Origin: Neoechinorhynchus agilis
Taxonomy: Eukaryota; Animalia; Acanthocephala
NCBI GenBank assembly: GCA_051530055.1
Contig: CM121343.1
Span: 6,976,389-7,040,388 of the forward strand
Direction of reading: 5' to 3'
Length of the DNA stretch: 64,000 bases
The stretch's first letter is position 1. Each line of letters begins with the position of its first letter. Under the pieces are notes generated by a model. It was given only the letters and a program-made list of their open reading frames with translations. It was not told where the DNA came from and did no database searches. Shown piece after piece: positions 48,320 to 60,427 of the stretch. Made by a program: the position numbers and the translations under genes.

Positions 48320-51300
48320 ACCGAACAAAAATTGAATGTGTGTCGGAAATTCCAAATAATATTGCGTTCTAATTAATTAAATCAATATTTTATTATTTTC
48401 GCTTCATCCCCAACGCCCATTGAACCCTCGAAACCACGATTTAATCTTGAGTAACCGAACAAAAATTGAATTTGTGTCGAAAATTACAAATAATATTGTG
48501 TTCTAATTAATTAAATCAATATTTTATTGTTTTTGCTAGATCCCCAACGCCCATTGAACCCTTGAAACCACGAATTAATCTTGAGTAACCGAACAAAAAT
48601 TGAATGTGCGTCACAAAATCCAAATAATATTGTGTTCTAATTAATTAAATCAATATTTTATTGTTTTTGCTTGATGCCTAACGCCCATTGAACCCTCGAA
48701 ACCCCGAATTAATCTTGAGTAACCGAACAAAAATTGAATGTGCGTCACAAAATCCAAATAATATTGTGTTCTAATTAATTAAATCCATATTTTATTGTTT
48801 TTGCTTGATCCCTAACGCCCATTGAACCCTTGAAACCCCGAATTAATCTTGAGTAACCGAACAAAAATTGAATGTGCGTCGGAAATTCCAAATAATATTG
48901 TGTTCTAATTAATTAAATCAATATTTTATTGTTTTTGCTTGATCCCCAACGCCCATTGAACCCTTGAAACCCCGAATTAATCTTGAGTAACCGAAGAAAA
49001 ATTGAATGTGCATCGGAAATTCCAAATAATATTGTGTTCTAATTAATTAAATCAATATTTTATTTTTTCTTGATCCCCAACGCCCATTGAACCCTTGAAA
49101 CCCGAATTAATCTTGAGTAACCGAAGAAAAATTGAATGTGCATCAAATTCCAAATAATATTGTGTTCTAATTAATTAAATCAATATTTTATTGTTTTTGC
49201 TTGATCCCCAACGCCCATTGAACCCTTGAAACCACGAATTAATCTTGAGTAACCGAACAAAAATTGAATGTGCGTCACAAAATCCAAATAATATTGTGTT
49301 CTAATTAATTAAATCCATATTTTATTGTTTTTGCTTGATCGCCAACGCCCATTGAACCCTTGAAACCCCGAATTAATCTTGAGTAACCGAACAAAAATTG
49401 AATGTGCATCACAAAATCCAAATAATATTGTGTTCTAATTAATTAAATCAATATTTTATTGTTTTTGCTTGATCCCCAACGCCCATTGAACCCTTGAAAC
49501 CCCGAATTAATCTTGAGTAACCGAACAAAAATTGAATGTGCGTCGGAAATTCCAAATAATATTGTGTTCTAATTAATTAAATCAATATTTTATTGTTTTT
49601 GCTTGATGCCTAACGCCCATTGAACCCTTGAAACCCCGAATTAATCTTGAGTAACCGAACAAAAATTGAATGTGCGTCGGAAATTCCAAATAATATTGTG
49701 TTCTAATTAATTAAATCAATATTTTATTGTTTTTTCTTGATCCCCAACGCCCATTGAACCCTTGAAACCCCGAATTAATCTTGAGCAACCGAAGAAAAAT
49801 TGAATGTGCATCGGAAATTCCAAATAATATTGTGTTCTAATTAATTAAATGAATATTTTATTGTTTTTGCTTGATGCCCAACGCCCATTGAACCCCGGAA
49901 ACTACGAATTAATCTTGAGTAACCGAACAAAAATTGAATGTGCATCGGAAATTCCAAATAATATTGTGTTCTAATTAATTAAATCAATATTTTATTGTTT
50001 TTTCTTGATCCCCAACGCCCATTGAACCCTTGAAACCCCGAATTAATCTTGAGTAACCGAACAAAAATTGAATGTGCATCGGAAATTCCAAATAATATTG
50101 TGTTCTAATTAATTAAATCAATATTTTATTGTTTTTGCTTGATGCCTAACGCCCATTGAACCCTTGAAACCACGAATTAATCTTGAGTAACCGAACAAAA
50201 ATTGAATGTGCATCACAAAATCCAAATAATATTGTGTTCTAATTAATTAAATCAATATTTTATTGTTTTTGCTTGATCCCCAACGCCCATTGAACCCTTG
50301 AAACCACGAATTAATCTTGAGTAACCGAACAAAAATTGAATGTGCGTCACAAAATCCAAATAATATCGTGTTCTAATTAATTAAATCAATATTTTATTGT
50401 TTTTGCTTGATGCCTAACGCCCATTGAACCCTTGAAACAACGAATTAATCTTGAGTAACCGAACAAAAATTGAATGTGCGTCGGAAATTCCAAATAATAT
50501 TGTGTTCTAATTAATTAAATCAATATTTTATTGTTTTTGCTTGATGCCTAACGCCCATTGAACCCTTGAAACCACGAATTAATCTTGAGTAACCGAACAA
50601 AAATTGAATGTGCATCGGAAATTCCAAATAATATTGTGTTCTAATTAATTAAATCAATATTTTATTGTTTTTTCTTGATCCCCAACGCCCATTGAACCCT
50701 TGAAACCCCGAATTAATCTTGAGCAACCGAAGAAAAATTGAATGTGCGTCGGAAATTCCAAATAATATTGTGTTCTAATTAATTAAATCAATATTTTATT
50801 GTTTTTGCTTGATGCCTAACGCCCATTGAACCCTTGAAACCCCGAATTAATCTTGAGTAACCGAACAAAAATTGAATGTGCGTCGGAAATTCCAAATAAT
50901 ATTGTGTTCTAATTAATTAAATCAATATTTTATTGTTTTTGCTTGATCCCCAACGCCCATTGAACCCTTGAAACCACGAATTAATCTTGAGTAACCGAAC
51001 AAAAATTGAATGTGCGTCGGAAATTCCAAATAATATTGTGTTCTAATTAATTAAATCCATATTTTATTGTTTTTGCTTGATGCCAACGCCCATTGAACCC
51101 TTGAAACCCCGAATTAATCTTGAGTAACCGAAAAAATTGAATGTGCATCGGAAATTCCAAATAATATTGTGTTCTAATTAATTAAATCAATATTTTATTG
51201 TTTTTTCTTGATCCCCAACGCCCATTGAACCCTTGAAACCCCGAATTAATCTTGAGCAACCGAAGAAAAATTGAATGTGCATCGGAAATTCCAAATAATA

Positions 51301-51908
51301 TTGTGTTCTAATTAATTAAATGAATATTTTATTGTTTTTTCTTGATGCCTAACGCCCATTGAACCCTTGAAACCCCGAATTAATCTTGAGTAACCGAACA
51401 AAAATTGAATGTGCATCGGAAATTCCAAATAATATTGTGTTCTAATTAATTAAATCAATATTTTATTGTTTTTTCTTGATCCCCAACGCCCATTGAATCC
51501 TTGAAACCCCGAATTAATCTTGAGCAACCGAAGAAAAATTCAATGTGCGTCGGAAATTCCAATTAATATTGTGTTCTAATTAAATCAATATTTTATTGTT
51601 TTTTCTTGATCCCAACGCCCATTGAACCCTTGAAACCCCGAATTAATCTTGAGCAACCGAAGAAAAATTGAATTTGTGTCGGAAATTCCAAATAATATTG
51701 CGTTCTAATTAATTAAATGAATATTTTATTGTTTTTTCTTGATCCCCAACGCCCATTGAACCCCGGAAACTACGAATTAATCTCGATTAACCGAACAAAA
51801 ATTGAATGTGCATCACAAAATCCAAATAATATTGCGTTCTAATTAATTAAATGAATATTTTATTGTTTTTCTTGATGCCTAACGTGCATTGAACCCTCGA
51901 AACCCCGA
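48320..51908. repeat. Satellite F: about 27 copies of a 134 bp AT-rich monomer
   Basis: ACCGAACAAAAATTG at 48320, 48454, 48588 and onward. Confidence 0.98.
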
Positions 51909-52440
51909 GGAACAAATGACAGTTTTTGTTCATAAAATCTTCGGCAAGAATACAATCCACACCGGATCATTCCACAAACACACGCGCGGACGCTCGATGG
52001 CGTTCACACTAACAAAGATACAGTCGCCTCATCGGTGAGACCGGATCTCGTGGAATTCCCAACCCACTGTGCAAGTAAAATCCCGCTTTCGATAGCAGAA
52101 TGGTGTCGTCCAATATGGATGATGATGATGATGAGATGATGATGGACAAGTTGTAAGTGGATGCATATGAGTAAGTTTGCAAGTGCATTGAGCGTGTGTT
52201 TGTGTTTGTGTGGAGCTGCCTGAGTAAGACGTTTGGAGAGGATAGCGAAATGATAGAGGAGACTGGAAGGTCACAATCATAACAGGTCAGCTCTTTTGGC
52301 AACATGTACAAAGTAGTCGATAATGCCCTCCTTTACCTTTTTCGCACCCCTGACACAATCATCAGGCATTAGTCAGCGCGCCGCCACCACCCCTGCCTCC
52401 ATTCTCAGTGTGCCGATCGCCTCTAGAAGGTGGTTGCGCA

Positions 52441-55400
52441 CTAAAGATCTCCCTCCCCGTTTATAGTGCTCGACCGATAACCTATATTAGCCGTACTCGT
52501 ATCGGCATTACTGTTGGGAACGTTCATATGGGGGGCGAGTGACGACGGCTGATTCAACGACGGCTGATTCAACGACGGTGTTGAATTTTGAGTCTCCGTT
52601 TCAGTTCTGTGTTCCATGTCGCCGGCCGTATTTGTTAGTCCAGGCGATGTCACGTGACTACCATCGTTTATCTCGTGAGATGGTTCGGAGTTCGTTTGTC
52701 CTGTGGAATCTCTGTCGATGGTTTCATCCATGGGAGGCGGGTGCCAATCATGGAGTCGACTAGCACGGTTTATCCTTCTTGGGTCCGCCCGCTTTCTCCT
52801 TCCACTCGGATCCCGCTGCGTAGTTGCTGTATTGATAATATTACTATTATTATTATTAATGGCCATGGTGGTGGTGGTATTCCGAGGCTCATTCGGTAAC
52901 GATGAACAACATGACTGTACACCAGTGTTCTGTTCGTCTTGGTTCAAAGGCGTCGTTATATTCAACCCATCCGCAACAACGTTAGCATTGCTGCTGCTAT
53001 TCGTTGTGGCGTGGGTAGATATTGTAGTAGGAAACAAAGATGAATTGAGCGGAAAATTTGAGGTTCCATTGCTTCCACCGCTTCCACCCAACGAGGTTTG
53101 AAGCTTCGGAAGTAGTGACGATATATTGTCGCTCAAGAGGTCTTGGAGACAAGTGCTATTGAACGCCGCATATGAACTCGATCCGACTGCTGACGTAGAA
53201 GAGTCAATAGCGAAAGAGAGTGGTATGTTATTAATATTCGTGGCAGAAGATACCGCTGCTTGCGGGTTTGACGACGAAGATGGATTCCATATAGTAGCTC
53301 CAGGCAACTCCAAGCATCTTCTCTTGGGTTCCGGTTTTGCACTGCGAAGTACACTCTGCTGCATGGCTGTTGGCTGATTTCCTGATCTTTCTAGCTTACA
53401 CTTCACCAAACGCTGAATATTTCCAGGAACGTTGAGCCAACTTTGCATTCGCTGGTAAGGCTCTCGTCCCTTCGCGCTCAATGACTTCCATGGTTTCGGT
53501 TTGGATAACAGCTCGCTCACTGTTCCCTGGGACAAGTTTAGGACTGTTTCGCCAAAAAGACGTTGCCCGATTTGATAACGAGCTAGAATCTCCTTCACCT
53601 TTCGACTAACATCTTCGGTATCAATTTCAATGAGTGAATCTGTAGATATTGAAGCCACCATTTCACCACGTTGGTGGCAGTTATCGAATTGATCAGCAGA
53701 GGTTGCTCGAACGGACGTATAATTAAGTGGTGATTTGCGCTTTGGCGGAATAGGGTCAATTATTTCACTTTTGACGGCGATGCTGTAACTTGAAGACCGA
53801 CCATTCGGTGTAGTATTTGCCTGAGGGTTTCCTTGTCGGTTAAAGAGACGCTCATATGCCTCGGGATTATCGAGAAATGCTTTCATTCGAAGAAATGGTT
53901 CTCTACCTTTCTGGGTCAGTGCACTCCAGGGTTTCGGCCGGGCGAGCAAGTCACTCACACTTCCTTGGGATAGCCCAAGCACTACTTCGCCGAAGGCTCG
54001 TTGACTAATGCAATGAGTGGAGAGATAATGTTTGACCCCTTTCACTAAGTTTTCAGTATCGATGTATTGAGACTGCAATGCAATATCATCCATTTTAATC
54101 ATTGTTCGGCCACTGGAATTATGCGGTTGTTGAAGAGCGTTATGGGTTCGACGTCCGCTAGTCATCGCACACTGCGACGACTGCGCTGGTGACGAATTCG
54201 ATAATTGTGCCGCGTTATCGATCATACCGACGTTATTTGCCGCCATCGATGACGACGGGGCCGGCGGGTGATGACCTTGGGTTGACTGCTGCAGTTGACT
54301 TACATGGCTTAGAGCAGCAGTGATGAGTGCTTGATGATCTGAGTCCAGTTTGGACCTCGCAATCTGTCTCCCGGCGTCAACTAGGATCCTATCAATCCTT
54401 TGAATTGTTTCAGGACTTTCCAGTCTGTCATGCAATGATCTATACTTGGAAGTTCCATTAGCCTTATGATCGATTGCCTCCGAGAGGATTCCGTTTATTA
54501 TAACACCAGGGGAAGTATCCGGAGCGAGTAAGGCATTGTTGGACCCACTTGCACTTTGAAGTGGGTTTGATGACGACGAGACCGTCCCTTGATCTAAAAG
54601 CATAGAGGGCAATTGTATTTTTTTAAGTGAAAAAACGACAACAACAAATATGTGTACCTTTCCGTGGGCTAAAAGCTTTTAACTGAACTATGCCTCCAGG
54701 ATAGTTTGCCCAATTCCACATCTTCTTATAGCTCTCTCTACCTTTCTCTGTTAGCTTATTCCAAGGTTTAGGCTTGGAAAGAAGTTCACTAACTGTTCCC
54801 TGTGACAATCCGAGTACATGACGAGCAAATACACGTTGACCGATATTATTGGTGCTCAGCATTTCTCGGACGGAAGTGGCGATTTTTTGGGTATCATACT
54901 CCATATAGGCAGCATCGGGAACGTTTATTATAGCATGCGATTGCGTGTGTTGGCCGGATGTATTGGAGGGCATGACACCACCATTGACACCGGATCTCAC
55001 AGTCAACGGATGTGGTGGATTGGATCTTGAGGAAGGAAAAAACTTGGGATCGGAGATCCTTCTCGATGCAGGTTGATAGCTTGTCGATTGAAGATGCTGT
55101 TGCTTGTAACCGGCTTCTGGAGAGAAGCTTGAGGTGAGTAAATACTGTATGGACTGATCGGTTCTTAAATCAGAGTGAGATTTCTTCGTGGAATCTAGAT
55201 CAAGAGAATAGTCAGCGTTCAACATCCGTTGAGTCAACGATTGTCCGCTTATAAATTGAGACGTTTGTTGTGAGTACCAGGCTGAAGATGAAGAGTTAGC
55301 GCTATGTTGGCGATCGTTTATTATGGTAGTTGAAGGAGGAGGCCCACCGCCAGAGGAGATATTGTTGGTTGGAGAGAGTAAGGCGACGGATGATGGAGGT

Positions 55401-56614
55401 GGTGGTGGCGGTGGTGGCGGTGGTAACAACGATGACTGGATTCGCCGATGACATGAATGACAGCATGATTCACTTCCAGTGAAAGCAAAGCGCCTCTTTG
55501 TGTATTGGATCAATCTGCATCTCTTCGTTTCTAGCATACGCGACAATCGTTTGTACCTTCTGCGTCTAATTCTCGCAAGTCCAGAATAGTCGTTAAAACT
55601 GGAGTCGACAGGTCGCCTTGTGCATAGATTCATCGGATATCTTCTTTTCTTTTTAATCAAGCAATGACTGGCGCTCTCGCTGGAGCCCATAAATTCCAAG
55701 CATCCATTAATTTTATCCCGATGATCAGTCAAGCACCGGTTGATAGTTTTTAAGCATTGTTTTCTCTGTTCTATATCTGATCGTTTGAAGTCTATAAGTC
55801 TGTTTCTTATAAAGCTCCTTGTGATTGCCATACTTTTCAACATCCGGTAGATTTCAACGGTCCTGCGATCTATTGAGAATTAATATGACATAATATTTAC
55901 ATTGAAATGAAACTTTCTATACCTTTTCGTGCAAGAGGGCATCTATTGTTCATCATTTGGTAGATGCTCTTTTGATCCGAATCGTTAACCTTGAAGAGCA
56001 AACGAGTGTTACAATATGATTTGGTATGATGATGATTGTTTTGAATGAAGCGTCAAAGGCGTAAGCTCAAAAATAACAAAATACCTGATCGATTATGATG
56101 GGCGGCGACGGATCATTCAAGCCGCCGATACAATTATTAGGTGAAAAGGAGGAATTGGTAGTTGTGGAGGAGGAGGTCACTGGGTTGATGATGCAAACGG
56201 TGGAGGGCCGTGGCACAGCGGTAATTGTGCCATCCATTGCTGTTGTTATGGCCGCAGATTTCATGGTAACCAGTCCATCGCGTTGTTGTCCATGGGAATT
56301 GGAAGGGGGCATTATCTGTGATGAGCTCTAAACATTTTTATTTGTAAACTAAAAACGAAGGACATCTCAAGACTTACATTCACAGTATTCACAGTAGTTG
56401 CAGAGTCCATGGAATGCATATATAGCCAGCAGTTGCTACTTGGAGCAATTTCTGGAAACTGGTGGCGCGGCGGTGGTTCAAGGTGGATTTTGGGTGGTAA
56501 GGCTGAAATGGGATGGCGTTTCAGAATCAGTGAGTTAAGTTGGGGTTGTGTATTGATAGTTGTTAAGGTATAAGACGTTAACGTGAGAGTGTTGGTAAGA
56601 GAAATTTGAGTCAT
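52441..56614 (-). CDS. cut: Cut/CUX-family transcription factor with three CUT domains (about 54901-54665, 54069-53840, 53639-53405); no homeodomain found
   Basis: CUT1 DTQKIA..NIGQRVFARHVLGLSQGTVSELLSKPKPWNKLTEKGRESYKKM; CUT2 ISQRAFGEVVLGLSQGSVSDLLARPKPW..TQKGREPF; CUT3 IGQRLFGETVLNLSQGTVSELLSKPKPW..KGREPY. Signatures and order match Drosophila-type Cut as recalled. Firm 64 nt intron at 54657-54594. Tentative 5' exons 56614-56378 and 56327-56085 joined to 55435 are frame-consistent (~1136 aa). Confidence 0.92.
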
Positions 56615-56939
56615 TATTTTTCATCGTAGATATGGGATGGAGAAGACATATACACATTCACTTGGAGTGTTGTAGATGGTGAGTGTATTTTGAAGAAAAA
56701 AGCGAACTAGGCTTATTGCTAAGTGGACTAAAATTCGACAAAACAAAATGATGTCAAGAGTTGGACGTGTTTGGTCTTTTTTTCTCGCTCGCTCTCTAAT
56801 GAGTGTGTAAAGTTGTGAAGGGATGTCTTCAGCCCATAAGTCGTTATGAGGATTCGATCAAAAGAAGTTATATCACCACGACCATACACATCTACTAAAA
56901 GAGTGCATACGCTGCTGTTCGCTCGCTTCCCGAACACTG

Positions 56940-58127
56940 GTGCCACCACCACCACCGCCACCGCCACCACCACCACCGCCACCGCCACCACCACCACCGC
57001 CGCCGCCGTATTTGTTAATAGTGGGCTGCTGCTGTTGCTGCTGCTAGTTTTGGTGGTGGTGGCAGCGATCGCACCTTACTAGGTTGCCAAAGAAGAGCTT
57101 TTGTAGATGTCCGAATAGGCGTTTATTAGGATAAAACGGTCTTTTTCTCCAATCGGACGAGTATGGAGGTTGCGCGGTACAATCGCCGTGTCCTTGATAG
57201 GACGGATCGGCGCATAGACGGACACCACCTCTAATAGCGGCGAGCACGGTCGTTATTCACCGTGAAGAGTCCATGATGGAGCAAATATATGGGAGCCATT
57301 CGGCATCAAGAAAGGAAAAAAGGTCCCTAATATGTGTCTTTAAGCGTTAGGAATAAAGGCAAAAGTCGATGTCTATGAGTGATTGCCGCCGCCGCCACCA
57401 CCACCGCCACCGCCACCACCACCACTATGATTCAGAGCGCTCATGATTCGATTCACTAGTGTCGCCGTAGAGACGCGGCGACGTTATCGACAAGATCGTC
57501 GACGCTGGGGAAAAGACAACTCGTAGACATTCGATACCTGAGTATTAGATGCATTGCGTGCTCTTATTCTCGGTTTGGCTCGATCGATCGGTCTCACGAG
57601 CAGGCACAATTGAATTCCTACTCCACGGCTATGGGACCGACGGCTTAAAAACGCGGTCTCTCGTCCATTTTTTGGTGTCTCTTGGGTATAAGTTAGGGAG
57701 CGAGCAAGAGGACAAAATTGATAGGCCGTAGACAAAGTCATCGAAAAAAAGCCATAAAGGGAGGAGGATACGGCATTTACTATCATGCATGTGCGGCATC
57801 CTCTCCCCTCCCCCCCCGGAGAGAAGTAGAGTGGTGCCTTGTGTGCGGCGGTGTGGGAAACGGCACAACTTGTTAGAATATTGATTTTGTGAGTACGAAC
57901 GAAAAGCGGCAAAGACGCGCACCTACAGCGATCAAATCGATCAATGTGTCTTCTATGATGCAATCGCAGTCGAAAACGTGGAGGGATGGGGGCATTGAAG
58001 GAGCAGCAACTCGATTGAGATTGCGAAAGAGAGCAGCTGTAACAAAGTGGCAGCATGCGTGTCAGTTGCTTCGCTCCGCAATGGTGGTGGTGGTGGCGGT
58101 GGTGGTGGTGGTGGTGGTGGTGGTGGC
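56940..58127. repeat. Cluster of (GGT/GGC)n and (CAG)n microsatellites upstream of cut (56940-57006, 57385-57425, 58083-58127)
   Basis: Runs of CACCAC/CGCCAC and GGTGGT visible directly. Confidence 0.9.
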
Positions 58128-59821
58128 GGTTAGGATACCACCACCTCCCCCCCCCTCCATTGGTTGGGACGAGGCTTAGTGACTACCATCATCACCAGTC
58201 GTGTAATTTCAAAAGCAATGGTGTGCAAATGTATTGATTTTGAGATTACGTTTGTAGTTTCCTGGGGTTGATTATTAGACATCGCTACGCAGAAGAGACA
58301 GAAAACGATACGGAGCGAAGCTATATAGAACGATTGCGGGGAAAGGAAACTGTGCGGGGGCTGAATGAGTGTCAATCGATACACAAGACGCATTCGTCTA
58401 GGGTTGGCTGATTCGCATAATCGATCATTTCTCAGTCCGGATATACGAACGACAAATGCTCTCGTCTTCGCACTCATCAAATGTCAAATGCATTCAAACA
58501 TCTCAATCATATCAGTCAAAACTATGATGCTCCGTGTTCTCGTTTTAAAGATCCACTAAAAATATCGATTTAACAGAAAAAACTACAGAGATGCTGAGAG
58601 TCTCCTGATAAAACATATTCCTTTTATTATACTAAGAAATGTAAAATTAGTATTAAATTTTTAACCCAATATTCATCATCAATGTTACTTTTCCTTGAAA
58701 AATAATCATTTTGCTGATGGCAGTCTTCTTAGCTTTGATCTTTCGAACATAGATAATGAATATATGGCTTTTTTCTGGTAGTCTAATCAATAGCTCCTTT
58801 GCTTTTTAAAACGATCTGATTGAGTATAAAGAAAAACTCACTTTCCCGTTATTTTAATGGACGTAAAAGTATAAAACAGGAGGATAAAAATTAGAAAATT
58901 TTGAAAGTGTCACCTTTATGTGAGATAAAACCCATTAAAATACGTATAAAAATTTGAGAGAATATTGTTACGCGCATGGTACGACTAAGAGCCGGGAAAC
59001 TATTAGATGGCAAAAGTGGCACATTGAGCTATTTATAATTTTGAACAGTGTCGATGTTAGTTGGCCAATGAAATTAAACAAACATTCGACAACATTGAAG
59101 ATGGAATTTTGTGGCTTCCGAATATACACGGATAAGAGAAAGGAATCACACGCAAATGAAATTGTAACTAATCGTTTTAACATTTGTTTGCAAATTATAT
59201 TCAGTGAATAACTTGAACAAAATAAAAAAATTGAAACAATCTCGCTACATTAATTGTTTAATAAACTCCATATAAGTAAGCAATTACGAATCGATCTAAC
59301 AGAGGAAACGCTTAGTACAATCGAGTACAAAAGGACACAGACGAGACAGACCTGCCAGATTGAGGAGGAACTACAGTGTAACAACGTGAAGTTCGCCGTT
59401 GTTCCATTCGGAAATTGGAACTTTATTTCATATGATGAAAAATGTAGATTTTGAATAAATGGCGAAATCACAAATCGATCAATATTACGATTGCAAACTC
59501 AAATTTACACCACTGTCACATTAAATGCACAATGTTTACGAAGCTGATTGAAAACTGAAGATGTTGATTATGAAAGGCATTTCTAGTCCAAAAAGTCTAA
59601 ATTAGAGATTTTAAATTAGATAAGGTTACGATAGGCCATTTCGTTTCTAAAATCAATGCGATTTACCTTATCGGATCAGTAGCGAAAAAGTCTTTTCGCT
59701 CAATAGTGAAATTGTGCAGATTTGTCCGAAGAGTGTGAGAAGAGGGAAGCAACTAGTTGTCACCGTTAATTTAACCTATGACTTTTATAGGCTTCTTCGC
59801 TTAAAGTTGCTCTTTAATCAG

Positions 59822-60190
59822 AGGTTTTAATATCACGTTCGAGCTGCAAGATCCCAGTAAAGATTAGAAGAGTACGTGCCGTAAGGGAGTAGGAATAAGA
59901 AGTGTGCATTCACAGAAAGTTAAAACCCAAGTTGAGCAATTGCGCGAGCTGCTTCAAACCCATGTGCATTTGGGAGTGACTCATCGCCTACTAAGGAGAA
60001 TCGAACTTTATACACACAAAAAAGAGCTGTTTGATGACTCAAAATGGGAAGTAGGAATGGAGTAAAAGAACTTAGATCCGACCACCATTCACCCCCCAGA
60101 ATAAAACCTCCTACAGATTCCTGCATATTGGATCTATAAAGTACGCCAAGAAGACTGCTTCATCAGGCGATCGCGATGCCAATGTGCGGT
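59822..60190 (+). CDS. Possible unidentified spliced gene fragment
   Basis: Exons 59822-59880, 59916-60050, 60100 onward, linked by GT-AG introns of 35 and 49 nt that keep frame (VLISRSSCKIPVKIRRVRA-KVKTQVEQLRELLQ..KELFDDSKWE-NKTSYRFLH). No family recognised. Confidence 0.3.
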
Positions 60191-60427
60191 GTTTATGATG
60201 CAACAGTCTTTGATATAATTAATCAGGCGATCGAATTGCTATCAAAATGTATGTGTACACACACATACTTCTCTAATACTCGATGATAGAGAATATTGTA
60301 TCTAGACATATCAGTCCTCCTATGCTGCTGCCTCCTCCTCCGTACACATCTGCAACCGGATGCGTCATATAAGGCTTCCTGTAAGATTTTCCTTTGTTCC
60401 ACCTTATACAAGAGAACCTAATCGAAA

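Noticed and set aside
57549-57731. GTIEFL..GLKTR peptide recalling the Cut homeodomain
   Set aside because: Opposite strand and upstream of the gene, wrong spacing, no WFxN; treated as coincidence.
41932-58559. Numerous antisense or overlapping ORFs on SUCLG1, cut and the GGT microsatellites
   Set aside because: Shadow frames of real genes or of triplet repeats; no domains.
59620-59740. YLIGSVAK nucleotidyltransferase-like motif
   Set aside because: No downstream DxD motif and no consistent exon chain.
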